Positions 26,595 to 38,559 of a DNA stretch of 64,000 bases are shown here, piece by piece (the first letter of the stretch is position 1; every line of letters begins with the position of its first letter). The position numbers and the translations under genes are program-made. This stretch comes from Lama guanicoe (lineage: Eukaryota). The notes below the pieces were generated by a model. The model was given only the letters and a program-made list of their open reading frames with translations, was not told where the DNA came from and did not search any database. The DNA lies in the NCBI GenBank assembly GCA_013239625.1, contig MU054220.1, positions 4,029,374 to 4,093,373 of the forward strand, in the 5' to 3' direction.

Positions 26595-27260
26595 GGAAAA
26601 CAATATGGAGATTCTTTTAAAAACTAAAAATAGAGTTGCCAGATGATCTAGCAATCCCACCCCTGGGCATGTCTCTGGAGGGAACTCCAATTTGAAAAGA
26701 CACAGGCACCCCAATGTTCATAGCATCACTATTTACAACAGCCAAGACATGGAAGCAACCTAAATGTTTATGGATAGATGACTGGATAAAGAAGATGTGG
26801 TCTATATATACAATGGAATATACTCAGCCATTAAAAAAGGATGAAATAATGCTATTTGCAGCAACATGGATGGATGTAGAGATGATCATACTAAGTGAAG
26901 TAAGTCAGACAGAGAAAGACAGATGTCATATGATATCACTTATGCATGGAATCTAAAAAAATGACACAAATGAACTTATTTACAAAACAGAAACAGACTC
27001 ACAGACATAGAAAACAAGCTTATGGTTACCAAAGGAGAAGAGGGGGGATAAATTAGGAGTTTGGGATTAGCAGGTACAAACTACTATACATAAAATAGAT
27101 AAATAACAAAGTCCTACTGTATTGCATAGGGAACTACATTCAACATTTTGTAATAACCTATAATGAAAGAAAAAATATATATATATATAACTGAATCACT
27201 ATGTCTACACCAGAAACTAACACAACATTGTAAATTAACTGTATTTCAATTTTTAAAAAA
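26595..27260 (+). mobile_element. 5'-truncated cetartiodactyl-type L1
   Basis: ORF 26714-26956 MFIASLFTTAKTWKQPKCLWIDDWIKKMWSIYTMEY is the L1 ORF2p C-terminus; 3'UTR ends tcaatttttaaaaaa. Confidence 0.95.
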
Positions 27261-28553
27261 TGTTATGATTTCATTGGCTGTGAATAGATCAACAAATAAC
27301 ATCTCACTTTATTTACCAAAAGCCAAGTTAAAATATGCAAACTGTCCTGGGGCTTGCCCATAGACACTGTTCAATGGTGTGTCTGCAGTTAGCCATTAAG
27401 AACTAGTTCTGTGGACATTACTGTAACAGACAGACCATTTGAAGAAAGGGTGGGCTCCAAGAAGAGAAGTGGTGCCTTTATCCAGCTTGCCCACAGGAGA
27501 TGAACTGTGTCTGTAGCCTGGGGACAGGCCGAGCTGTAATACTTGCTCAGGACAAGAGATGCTTTATTGAGGCATCACCCGGAATGGGACATGGATGGCG
27601 GAAGGTGCGTACTGTTTGGGTGAACATAGGGTCTTTAGGCCGCAGTTTATCTTCTGAAATGTACCCTTCAAACTTCTGCTCATCCTTCAGAACAAGATGG
27701 AGAAAGATCTTGGTAACGTGAGAAATGAAGATGATTAGCGGCATTTGTGTTTCCTGACACTGGAAATGTCAGCATGAAGAACTTGCTTTGAGGGAAAAAT
27801 AGTTTTAAAAAAATGTGCAGTTTGAAATGAAACTCTTTACCCTAGTTAGCAAAAGGTGTGAATAGAATGGATGAAATGAAATGAAATGGAATAAGTCTTA
27901 TGAGAAAGAAGGGCTTTTCTTGGGAGCTGTTTTGAAGGAGTAATTGGGCAATTAGTCCTTTTCTTAAAACTCTTTAAAGATTCTAAGCCTACTAAAATGC
28001 TCTGGGATTTAGCTTTAGAACATTTTATTTTCAGGCTTTATAGCAGTTCCTGTTTTCCACTGCAGCAGGTGAAAATCTAATCTGGCCCAATGGAAAGGAA
28101 GAGAAGATATCAGAGCGTGAGGTTATATTCCATTGCCCATGAAGCTTTACTATTTAGTCGCTCAAGTTCTTTATCTCAACTTTTAAAAATGAAGCATTGT
28201 TACACTTTGTAAAATAGTGTTCACCCCATGACAAGATGGAATCTCACAAGTCCTAAAGAAAAGGTCACTATCTGCCTTAAAAATTATGATATGCATCTGT
28301 TATTCAGATTAACACATAGAACTAAATAATTTCTATTTGTGAATAGCAGCAAATTCACTGGTATATGAAGTATGGAGCCAATGAATTGAATTTAAAGAAA
28401 TTTTGGTTTTCTTTCAGTATGCAAAGGTGGTGTTGCTTTTCAAGTCAAACATAAACCTGTCACAGTATTTCTGTTGGTTTCTTAAAAGAACTAAAGAACA
28501 AACTGATGTATCTTCAAATTAAAAACTTCACTGAAGTTAAAAAAAAAAGAAAA
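27261..28553 (+). other. L1 3'-transduced unique sequence with poly(A) tail
   Basis: Non-repeat DNA between the L1 end and ATTAAA (28518-23) plus poly(A) (28539-28553); the whole L1+segment is bounded by 12-bp TSD aaacaacttcca (26583-94 / 28554-65). Confidence 0.85.
27290..27684 (-). pseudogene. Putative transduced terminal exon of an unidentified gene
   Basis: Minus strand: pyrimidine-rich acceptor ctttctccatcttgttctgaAG|G at 27684; open frames DEQKFEGY...KHLLS* (stop 27547) or (x)MSRSLKGTFQK...PFRVMPQ* (stop 27564); local CpG enrichment; AATAAA at 27313-27308 followed by a GT-rich tract. Confidence 0.45.
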
Positions 28554-29002
28554 AAACAACTTCCAAATCTCAGTTGCTTAGCAGAATAGATTATTTTTGC
28601 TCATGCTAAAGTCCAGTGACACTATTTGGTCTATGACCTTTTCTCTTGATGATTCAGGCACCTGGAATCCTCATGTCTTGTGGCTCCATCACCCTCTAGG
28701 GCCCTGAGTGCTTATCTCAAGCCAGTAGGTGGGGAAAAAAGAGAGTAAAGACTGTGCAGCAGGTTTTATGGGTTAGGCTTGGAAATGGCAAGCATTATTT
28801 CTCCCCCCATTTCATTGGCCAGAATTCACCCACATGGCCACATCTGACTGCAAGGGAAGCTGGGAAATGTAGTCTAACTGTGTATCAGAAAGAAGAGAAA
28901 TGGGTTCTGGTGAACGTACCAGTGTCTGCCACAACCCAGATTTCAACATCCTGACAGAACCCCTGTTCACATTTGAGGGATCTCCTTCCATTCTTTTCTC
29001 TA

Positions 29003-29683
29003 TGTCATGTACAGTTTGTGTAATAAAGCATTTGGCTGGTCTTTGTCTCTAGTTCCTGGGAGGCAACCTCTAAGCCATTGGAAATTGCTGAGTAACAGGA
29101 CTGCATGATTATCCCTGGTGGGCCCCTCGGACCACACCTGATAGTTTATGGCAACAGGATGGCTCAGGATGGGGCCTGGCCACGCCTTAAAGACCAACTG
29201 TGTGATTAGAGGGTTAGAACTTTGAGCCACGTAATACCAACCCAACTTCTGGAGCGCGGAGAGGGCTGGAGATCGAGTTCAGTCAGTCATGCCTATGCAA
29301 TGAAGCCTCATTAAAAACTCTGGACACTGAGGCTCTGGAGAGGTCCTGGTTGGCAGTACTCTTTGTCATATGCCAACACCAGGAGTATAACACTGTCCTG
29401 CAGGTGACGGAAGCATCGTATTTGGAACCCTCCCAAACCAAGCCTCATATGTGTCTTCTAATTTGTGCCCTTTTGCTATAATAAAACCATAGTCATAATT
29501 AATAGTGCTTTTTTGAGTTTTGTAAATCTTTCTAGCAAATCATTAAACCTGTGGGGGTCCATGGGGACCTCAGAGTCTATAGCCAGCTGGTCTGAAGTAC
29601 AGGGACCCTTGGTGTCTGAAGTCAGGGCAGTCTTGTAGAGATCCATGGTCTTAGTCTGTAAAGTTTGGCCCAATTCCAGGTCC
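29003..29683 (+). mobile_element. MER21-like ERV LTR
   Basis: ctggtctttgtctctagttcctggg; accacacctgatagtttatg; aagaccaactgtgtgattagagggttagaacttt; ctagcaaatcattaaacctg; agccagctggtctgaagtacagg. Confidence 0.75.
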
Positions 29684-30466
29684 ATATGGAAATAGATACA
29701 GATTCATACCTGTAGACTCACTGAAATGCATGTGTCTGCATAAGTATGATTGCTCTATAAATCCTGCTTAAAAGATTTTTTTTTAAATTTGACTCTTGTT
29801 GCTGATGTCATTCCAAGGATTTGATCTGAATTTGAGGTTACACAGTTACTCGGCCAGAATTCTAGGATTCCACTTGTTTTCCCGAGTCTGGGACAGATGA
29901 GATGAGGCCCAGCTCAGCCTCTCATCCTTGTCTGGTGCCCAGTCCCACACCTGGCCCTTGTCTCTGACATGATCCAGAAGCACCTCGGAAGGAGGACCAG
30001 GTTGGCTTAGTAGGGCTAAGTGTGTGCAGAGAGACCCAGGCCCATGGCAAGCTCTCCAGAGCCCGGGACAGCAGATGTCCCTAACCAGAGCTGTGGCACA
30101 GGGGTGGGGATCTGGAGCAGACCTGACAATGTGAGCTGAAACAATGGCCCCACACAGGCTCCAGCTCACATGGACTTCTGGACTTGGGAGCGGGCTGGGC
30201 CAGCCCTAGAGCAAAGATCCAGCCTGGAGGCCCCAGCACAGAGCTCCGGTTCCACCCAGGCTCCAGCCCTTCACCCACTGCTGTCCTGCTGCAGCTGCTG
30301 ATTTAGCCCCAGCCCCATGCATGCCAGGCCTTCCCCTGCAGCTTATCCTCAGCAGAGAAAATTGGGTGGGAGTGGGAGTAGGGGAGGCAAGCAAAAAGAC
30401 AGGTAATGTCCACTGACCTTCAGATCACATGCAGAGCCTGAAATTGACCTTAGACATTCTCTGTAT

Positions 30467-30660
30467 CAGTGCTTGTCATGTCAAACTCTAGTGCTTGTTA
30501 GAATCACCAGGGGGAATCTATTCAAAAGGAAGATTTCCAGGCACCACCCTCTAGAGAGGCTTACCCATTAGGGCTGAAGTTGAGGGGAGCATAAGAACCT
30601 ACAATTAGCGCATCACTCACAGGCGATTCTGATACAAGTGGGCCCTGGGTTACTTTCTAG
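30467..30660. mobile_element. MER5A-like hAT-Charlie remnant
   Basis: tcaaact...ttagaatcaccaggggga...gattctgat. Confidence 0.6.
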
Positions 30661-31139
30661 TCTACCCTCCTCATCTTCCTGAGACTCAGAGAGGTTAGGT
30701 GACTTTTCAATGCTACACAGTTAATGGAGGTCAAAACTTGGGTGAGAATCTCGGTCTTATGACGTAGCTTAAGGCAGGTGGGTGGGGCATGGCTAGCTAC
30801 ACGCAGGGCAAAGGACAATTTGAAGAGCACCAGGAAGGAGCCCACAATCAAAGACCTGCCAGTGTCTGAAATTCCAACATTAGATATTCATTCCTTTGGA
30901 TATCAACCGGATTTCCCAGAGTCCATTCTGAAAATACTTATCTTTCTGGGGAGGAAGCTTCCTAAATTACTGCCATTAGCAATAACTGGCTCCTTGGCAC
31001 CTTCCAACAGGAATGAGGGCTTGGAAGAAGCACAGTCTACACACCATGTAGTCCTAGATGGGGTGAGGCTCTTTGGAAGGGGATGTGGGTGCAAACCAGA
31101 ATCAGACCTCATCTTCTTTACCATCTTAGGAGACAGAAC

Positions 31140-31330
31140 ATCATGGCAGAGAGAGCATGGTGTCTTATAGTTAGCCTGGCTTGGGTTTGACTCCAAGCTC
31201 TGCTGCTTCCCAACTCTGTGGCTTTTGGCAATTCAGCCACTTTATTGCTCTGAGCCTCAGTTTCCTCTTTTGTAAAACAGGAATAACACTAACACCTGTC
31301 TTATTGGAATGTAAATTCTGGAACAGTCTG
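31140..31330 (+). mobile_element. MIR SINE
   Basis: ctctgagcctcagtttcctcttttgtaaaacaggaataacac. Confidence 0.8.
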
Positions 31331-33577
31331 AATCTGCAGATCTGTGCCCTGACAACCAGGATGTGTCCAACCCTGGAGAGGCACAGGAGACCTACAGTCA
31401 CCCAAGGTCACCCTGTCCCCACTCTGGGGCCAGAATGAGTGGTGGCTCTGGGGAGCTGGCTTTGTTTACACAGTCCCCTGGCCCCCAGGCATCCACTGAG
31501 CCCGGGTACCACTGAGGTGAAGACCTTGTCATCCCAGCAGGGGTTCACATTCTTCCCCATTTTTTGGCGCCTGGAAACTCATCCCTGCCCTTTCTTCTCT
31601 TTAGGAAACAGCAACAAAGCCAGACTCCTGTCCTGGGGGATAGCGCTGCCTCCACCCCACAGGAATGGCAGCGGGGAGGGCTTTTTCCACCCCCCCCCCC
31701 GTGCTAACCACAACTGTGCAGTCCCTGCCCTCCCTCCCTCTGCCTCCAGCTGGCGGGCTGGCAGGGTGGAGGTCCCTGGGAAAACTCCCCGGAGGAGCCG
31801 AGGAGCCAGCAGACATTGCCCGGGGCCTTGGCAGGGGACTGGAGTCACGATGCCTCCTCTGCGGCTCAGCCTCCAGTCGGGATGCCCTGACGTGATGTCT
31901 GGTGGCTCAGCACTGGCATGGCAGGGCTGCGCCGGGCAGGTGATGTCCATGCTGCTCCATGTTCCCACAGGTAAGGCTGGACAGGCCAGGGAAGGATGGC
32001 CAGAGAGTTCAATCGCCCAGGGATGAGGATGGAGTGACAGGGACAGCAGAGATGGGGGCCCAGGACGATGCTCCAGACTGAGAAGAATCTTTCTGTCTCT
32101 TCCTGGTTCTGCCAGCAGAAAGCTGCTGACCCACCAATGCCTCCTTCTACAAAGGCAGCCACAGGTCTCATCCGGGAACTGGAGGCGCCAGGGCCATCTG
32201 CTCCCGGCTTCCCACCCAGTTCCAGAAGAGCCTGTACAACCTCCTTATTAAATACTCATCCTGCCCCACCTCTGACACTTGCAGCTCTCTCTTATTACTC
32301 AAGAAACACACATTCATGGTAGCAAAGCTGAAATACAGATTAAAAAGAAAAAGAATTATCACCCCAACCTCACTATTTAGAGAAATCACTCTTGCCCTAG
32401 TATTGCATTTCCTCCCAGACTTTTATATAAGATATAAAACACGGCAATTTAAAGTGTGGTCTGGGAGCTGTTTGTTCCTGGTGCCTGAAGAGATAAGTAT
32501 GGAAAAGACTAAGCATTTAGAAACTTCCATAGCAATTTGACATAGACACCGCGTTTTTATCTGTTGTGTTTTGCAAAAGTATTGACTTGCGACAGATTGA
32601 AAATCACGAAGTGGTCCTTCAGCATAGCTAGTTTGAGAAGCACTAACATAGACGTTTTGATAAACAGGGGTTCATATCCTGGTTTGCAGCCCACTCCCCA
32701 CCCCATCTTCATACTGTGTCTCCCTTACCGTGTCATGTCGTGTTTAGTGCTTGCTTCCATGGATGCTCTGCGATTTTGTTTACCAGTCCTTAATGCTGGA
32801 CATCCAAATGGTCTTCACTTTTCAGGATAATAAGAAATACTTGATGAATGTCCCTGCTCAAACTCTCTCTGTGCATTTGCGCCATTATTTCCTTTACATA
32901 CAAATTTCAGAAATGGAATTGCTGGAGCAAAGAATGTATGTCTTTGAAAGACTTAAGACACTTGTTGCTAAAATGATATGAACAAAAAACCAGCTGAATC
33001 ATTTCATATCTTCACCAGTAAGTTAGGAGAGTTCAGTTTTTAAGGTAGGCTTCCTGTAGGTGCCCGTCAGACACCTTCCGATGATAGATGTTTCAGACAA
33101 GATTCAGTCTCCTGTTCCCAGGTCATTCAGTCACTTCTCATGGGCACCCAAGAACAGCAGGCTCAGAAGGGACATTAGAGATCCCAGGAGTTTCCAATTC
33201 AGGTTCCATGGATCACTGGTTCTGCAGGGTGTTAATTGGTGCTAGCACACAATCCGATTTATGATTGAATACTCTTGGAAATCAGCGAGTTAGACAAACT
33301 CAAGAAGGCATTCTCTGCCACAGGACTTCTCAGAGCATTTAATATGTTAATATGTACTATTTTTTTGCCAAGAAGGGGCTACAGTGAGTAAAGTTTCCCA
33401 AGCTCATTTGACCATGGAGTCCTTCTGGGTCACATTCTATGCCCAGAGAGGGGCATTAGAAAAAAAAAAAGACCCATCTCCCTGTCCCCAAGGAGTTTAA
33501 GTCTGGCATATGACACACACATAGACACAGGCAAAGGGAATTACAAATACAAACAGGTATGTAACAAAGACAAGTGG

Positions 33578-34117
33578 TGTGATGGACATGTGTTTTTCGT
33601 TGGCCACACACCCCTTTGGAAAGCTGCCTTTTCCCTACTCAACCCCTGGCAAGGTGTCAATCAAAAAATTCCATGTTTCTGGCCCATCGTGTGGGATGTG
33701 ATTCTTGTCTGGCCAATCACTGCACCCTATTCTCCTGGTCTTAGTGACTGGTCTGGAATGGTATGTGACCCAAACCTGGTCAATCAGAACCATTCCCTAA
33801 GCTTGTAGGCAGATGCTGTCATTCACGTGGGGCCACTAAATTGGAATGGCGGGAGCCAGCTGCTGATCATGGCCATGTGCTCTTTCTGCCCCCCACTGCA
33901 TGGAGGTGCTCCATTTGCAGTAGAAAAGAGTGAGGTAGCCCCGGAGAAATGAAAGGGTTGAGTGGTGAAAGGTGAGACAGTCCTGATATCTTCCTTTCTG
34001 GGACCTCCTCCAAGTCTGGACTTCCCAGATATGCAAGCCAATTAATTTCTCCTTCAGATGCTACGGAGAGCTGAGTTTCTGGGTTGTTTTTTAATCAAAG
34101 GTGTCCTTGACTAATGC
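33578..34117 (+). mobile_element. MaLR LTR (MLT1L-like)
   Basis: ggccaatcac...agtgactggt...atgtgacccaaacctggtcaatcagaa; ccttgactaatgca end. Confidence 0.6.
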
Positions 34118-34647
34118 AAGGAGCAGAAGAACTCAAGGAGGGAGATATTTCTTCCACCAAGAATAGTCAGAGAAGGTACCTTGGAGAATGTTAAACTTGA
34201 CTTGGAAGGGTGTAAATCCTCCAGAAAGGAGGTGGTAGAGCATTGGAGGCAGAGGGGATGGTGTGAGCAAAGACAGAAGGTTGGGAAAATACCACAGTTG
34301 TCAAGAGGACAAAGAAGGAAATGGAAAGACAGATTTGGGCGACTCTGTGGGATGGCCTTGAATACCAGGGTGAAAGTTTTAAATGTTATTTGGTTGGCAA
34401 TGGGGAGCCACTGAAGGTGTCTGAGCTTACATGATGGGGATAGAGAAGGGGTGGTATTGTCTGCTTAGTGTTTTGGGAAGACCTCTGTGATAGCAGGTAG
34501 CAGGTGGAGCATGGGCAGGAAGGAGGGGGATGTACCACTGAATGACCTGGAGCACAGAGCTGCCACCAGTAGAACAGAGAAATGAGGAGGAGACGCTGAC
34601 TAGGGGCAGGAGGGCAGGTTGGATTAGGCCACAATGAGACTGAGGCC

Positions 34648-35000
34648 TTCTATGGACTGAATTGTAACNNNNNNNNNNNNNNNNNNNNNNNNNNNNNNNN
34701 NNNNNNNNNNNNNNNNNNNNNNNNNNNNNNNNNNNNNNNNNNNNNNNNNNNNNNNNNNNNNNNNNNNNNNNNNNNNNNNNNNNNNNNNNNNNNNNNNNNN
34801 NNNNNNNNNNNNNNAGCTCTCTCTGCCGTGCAAGAATACAGTGAAAAGATCTGCAAGCCAAAAAAAAGAGCTCTCACCATGAACCGAACTGACCAGCACC
34901 ATGACCTTGGGCTTCTCAGCCTCTGAAACTGTGAGAAATGTGTCTGCTGTTTGAGCCACCCCATCTATGGTGTTCTGTCACTGCGGCCTGAGCCATCCTG
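34648..35000 (+). mobile_element. MLT1A/B-like LTR containing N gap 34669-34814
   Basis: ctatggactgaattgt start; ctgcaagcca...cttctcagcctctgaaactgtgagaaat...ctgctgtttgagccacc. Confidence 0.75.
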
Positions 35001-35139
35001 CAGGTGGGCAGGGACATAACAGTGAACCTGGGTGAACCTCCACCTGGGAGCACTTTTCTTGAGGATCTGGCCCAGGCACCCGGAGGATGAGGTAAAACCA
35101 GCCCCACTATCTGTTGCCAAACCTCTTTCAGAATCTGGA

Positions 35140-35480
35140 CCCATTAAATAGCAACCTCCCCTTCTCGCCTCCCCCCAGTCCCTGGTAACATCTCTTCCAC
35201 TTTCGGTCTCTGTGAGTTTTCCTGTTCTAGGTACTTCATATAAGTGGAATCATACAATATTCATCCTTCTGTATCTGACTTTTTTCACTTAGTGTAATGT
35301 TCCTATGGTCCATCTATGTTGTGACATGTGTCATAGTTCCATCCTTCTTATGGCTGAATGATATTCCATTATATGTACAGGCCACAGCTTGTTTACCCAT
35401 TCCTCTATTGATGGTCACTTGGGTTGTTTCCACCTTTTGGCTATTGCAAACAATGATGCTATGAACATGGGTGTCCACAG
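35140..35480 (-). mobile_element. L1MB-like 3' fragment
   Basis: ttcatataagtggaatcatacaatat...atggctgaatgatattccatt...gggttgtttccaccttttggctatt. Confidence 0.85.
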
Positions 35481-35689
35481 CTGTACTCTTAACCATGAGG
35501 CTAAATTCTTGAGTGGTATTTTTCTGAATCAGTGAAGAACACTTTTTATCTACCAAATAGATTCAAGGGGAGTTATTGTGTTTTAATTGAGATTTGATTC
35601 CTCTCACAATCTCCCCACACTCTGCTCCATAAACCTGAACCACCTTCCCAAACACCTCAGGAAAACTCGAGTTTAGTCCAAACCCCTCA

Positions 35690-36370
35690 ATGTCCAGCTG
35701 CCTGCCCCTCCCACTGCCCCTCTACAACTCACTTCCCCCGCCTCCTGCTCTAGTGGGTTTTGACAACAAAGCCAGCTCACACCCTGCCTCTGCTTACAGC
35801 TCTCTGGTGGCTTCCCATGCCAGTTAGAATTGCGTCCAGATCCCCTCCCCTGGCTTGTAAGGGTCCATATCTACACACCTCAGCCACCAGTCTCCTGCCA
35901 AGCTCACCTGTGCCACTTCCCCTGTTCACACTCCATTCTAGCTACTGGGCCCTTCCCTACTCGCTCCTTTCTCAGGTGGGGACTTTTCAATTTCATGTAT
36001 TTTCTGCTCAAAACTCTTCACCTGGATCTTTGCATAGCTGGTTGCTTCTCACCTCCAAATGATCCACTCCAATGTCACCTCCTCCAAGAAGCCTCCTTGA
36101 CTGCCAGACTGAAGCAGCTTCCGGGTGCTCTCTGCCCAGATATCTCCATCTTCTAACCACACTTATGGTCTTTGCACTCCTCATTGCTATCCAGAAGAAT
36201 CTGCTGGCTCTATCTCCTCGTTCACTGCCCCTTTTCTCCCTCCTAGATGTAATCTCTGCCAGAATGGTGATCTGTCCTGTTTGCCATTCCACCCCTTCCC
36301 ACCTCCCTGTTCCTAGAACAGGGCCTGGCACAGAAGCACTCAACCTTTACTGAAAAAGTGAACAATTAAA
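35690..36370 (+). mobile_element. L2 3' remnant
   Basis: ggcttcccat...aatgtcacctcctccaagaagcctccttgact...cctagaacagggcctggcacagaag. Confidence 0.75.
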
Positions 36371-37419
36371 TGCACAAGGATGTGTGACCAGGGTAGAGCT
36401 GAAGTCTACATATGTTTTCTGTGGCTCTTAGTGGGATTTAGGCTCTGCCAACACTTTCTGGTGGCCCAGGGTCTCACATAAACAATAAAAGTGTGGACCA
36501 TCTTCTGCCAGGCGGTTGCCAGACTGGTGCTTTCTCATCAGGGGCATCAGCTGCAGGGAAGGGTGTCTTTAGAGAACATGGACAAGCACAGACATGGACT
36601 CTTTCCATGAGGGTGCCCGCCTCATGCCCAGGCTCTGGGACTCCATGTGGGAAACTGGACTACCTGGGGACAGGCCACTGCTCCTGGCAGTTCCAGGAAA
36701 CCTCGGGGCCTCCCAACATGTGGTCTTTTCTGCTCTAGGGAGGAAGCCGATGTTTCAAAGACAGCGTCTCCCTGTCTTGTGGTCAGGCTATTCTTGTGCC
36801 CCGGAATGCTCTCCTCCTCGGCGCTGACAGCCGCCACCTCTCCCGGCAGTGCCAGGCCCCTGGAGTCCCACTCACTGGGTGGCAAGGGCCTCCTCAGCCC
36901 CCACGCCCACCTGGGCTCCGGCAGGCGCCGCAGGAGGAGATTGGAGCATGAGGCACTGGGGGGCTCCTCTCCGGCCTCCCTCAGCTCTTCCTCCTCCTGC
37001 CAAACAAAAGCTTCCTGCTCAGGCAGGGACAAGAGCCCATTTCTAATTGTGGAACAAACAACAGACCAAGCCCTTTGTAGCAGGGGGGAAGCAGGGCTGT
37101 CCAGTGTCGATGCTTGATTTGCTCGCTTTTTCCCAGGCTTGGAGCATACAGAGGCCATGGGGGAAACATTCGCCTTCTCGAAGAGTCAGAAGAGTGTGTG
37201 CCGGGACTGGTGGCGGGGCCATTTTCTCTACCACCACTCTCCACTGGCAGTGCTCCCTTGCAACTGGGCTCCTCCCTCCCTCGCTCTCCTCTGGCCTCTG
37301 GACTGATGGTCATTACCTACTACTGCTGTTCACTCTTCCTCAACACCCAGTGTATCATGTCTGGACTTTTCCTGAAGCTGACCGTAGTCCCCTTTCCTTC
37401 CTGCACCATTGCTCAGTCA

Positions 37420-37535
37420 GAAGCATGAAACCATCATCGCTGTCATCATCGTCCTCATTATCTCATCACCATAGTTACCATTTACTACCTTTACCATCAT
37501 CTCCATGGTTACCATTTAATCACCATCATTGTGGT
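37420..37535. repeat. Degenerate (CAT/CAC)n low-complexity tract
   Basis: ccatcatcgctgtcatcatcgtcctcattatctcatcaccat... Confidence 0.7.
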
Positions 37536-37539
37536 TGCC

Positions 37540-37990
37540 ATTTGTCTGGCACCAGGCTAAGTGCTCTGCATGTCTATTCATTCCTTGTGAAGTCATTTTT
37601 ATTCTCCTCTTCATTTCACAGATGAGGAAACTGAAATCAGAGAGGTTGAGTCATTTGTCTAGGGTCACACAGCTGGCGTGTGGCCACCTGGGATGCTCAC
37701 CTGATGCCAAAGATCTGCTCAGCCCTCAGGCCATATGGCTTCCCCTGGTAAAGAGTGTAGGATGTGAATTCTGAAGCCAGACCATCAAAACATTTCAAAT
37801 CCTGGTCTTAGTCCTGCCACTTCCTCGCTTTATGACTTTAGTCATTCTCTGACCTCTCTATGCCTCAGTTTGCTCATCTATGACATGGGGATAACAAGGG
37901 TACCTACTTCCAGGGCTGCTGGGAGGATTAAAGGAGTTAACATATGGAAAGTGTATACAGCGCTTAGCACAGTTCCCGGCACATTGTAAA
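37540..37990. mobile_element. Divergent MIR pair (- 37540-37700, + 37750-37990)
   Basis: catttcacagatgaggaaactgaa and tgcctcagtttgctcatctatgacatggggataac. Confidence 0.75.
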
Positions 37991-38189
37991 TGCTCTGTGA
38001 CAGACACAAAGGTGCAATAAGACATAGCCCCTGCCCTCACAAGCTTCTAGTCGAATGGGGAAGATTGTCCCATCTTGGGATGATCTAAGCCACAACAGGG
38101 AAACAAACAGGGCACTCAGGTGTACATGGCAGGGACATCTACTGGCCTTAGGGGCTTCCACTCATGGCTGTGCCTAAGCCAGGTTAGTT

Positions 38190-38400
38190 TGGTTTTTTTT
38201 AATAAAGTTTTTATTTTGGAATAATTTTAGATTTATAGAAAAATTATAAAGGTAGCACAGAGTTCTCATAAACTCTTCTCCCAGCTTCTCCTAATGTGAA
38301 CACCTTATATAACCAAGTTACATTTATCAAAACAAAGAGATGAACATTGGTATACTCCTATTAACTAAACTACTGTCTTTGTTGGGAATTCAAGTTTTCC
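38190..38400 (-). mobile_element. L1MC-like 3' end
   Basis: ttttattttggaataattttagatttatagaaaa...tagcacagagttctcata. Confidence 0.75.
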
Positions 38401-38559
38401 CAATCCAGCATCCATTTCATTCATCCTTTTAGGTAACACGGATATATGGAACAGCAGCCCTGAGCCACCCTGGGGGTTCAGTGGGGGGCTTCCCACAGAG
38501 CACCATCCTCTCATCCTTCAACAAGAATTACGAATGGTATAAGCCTTTTTCCTGCCCCA

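Larger units (their letters stand above)
26550..28933 (-). mobile_element. MLT1K/L-like solo LTR (26550-26594 + 28566-28933) split by an L1 insertion
   Basis: TSD ACCCA at 26545-49 and 28934-38; the halves rejoin as ...taataaacaacttcca|aatctcagttgcttagcagaatag..., an MLT1 motif. Confidence 0.85.

Noticed and set aside
27261-28553. Classical processed pseudogene
   Set aside because: No convincing sense-strand ORF; the exon-like features are antisense and retain intron-like DNA; the TSD includes the upstream L1, which fits 3' transduction better. A retrocopied L1-containing transcript cannot be fully excluded.
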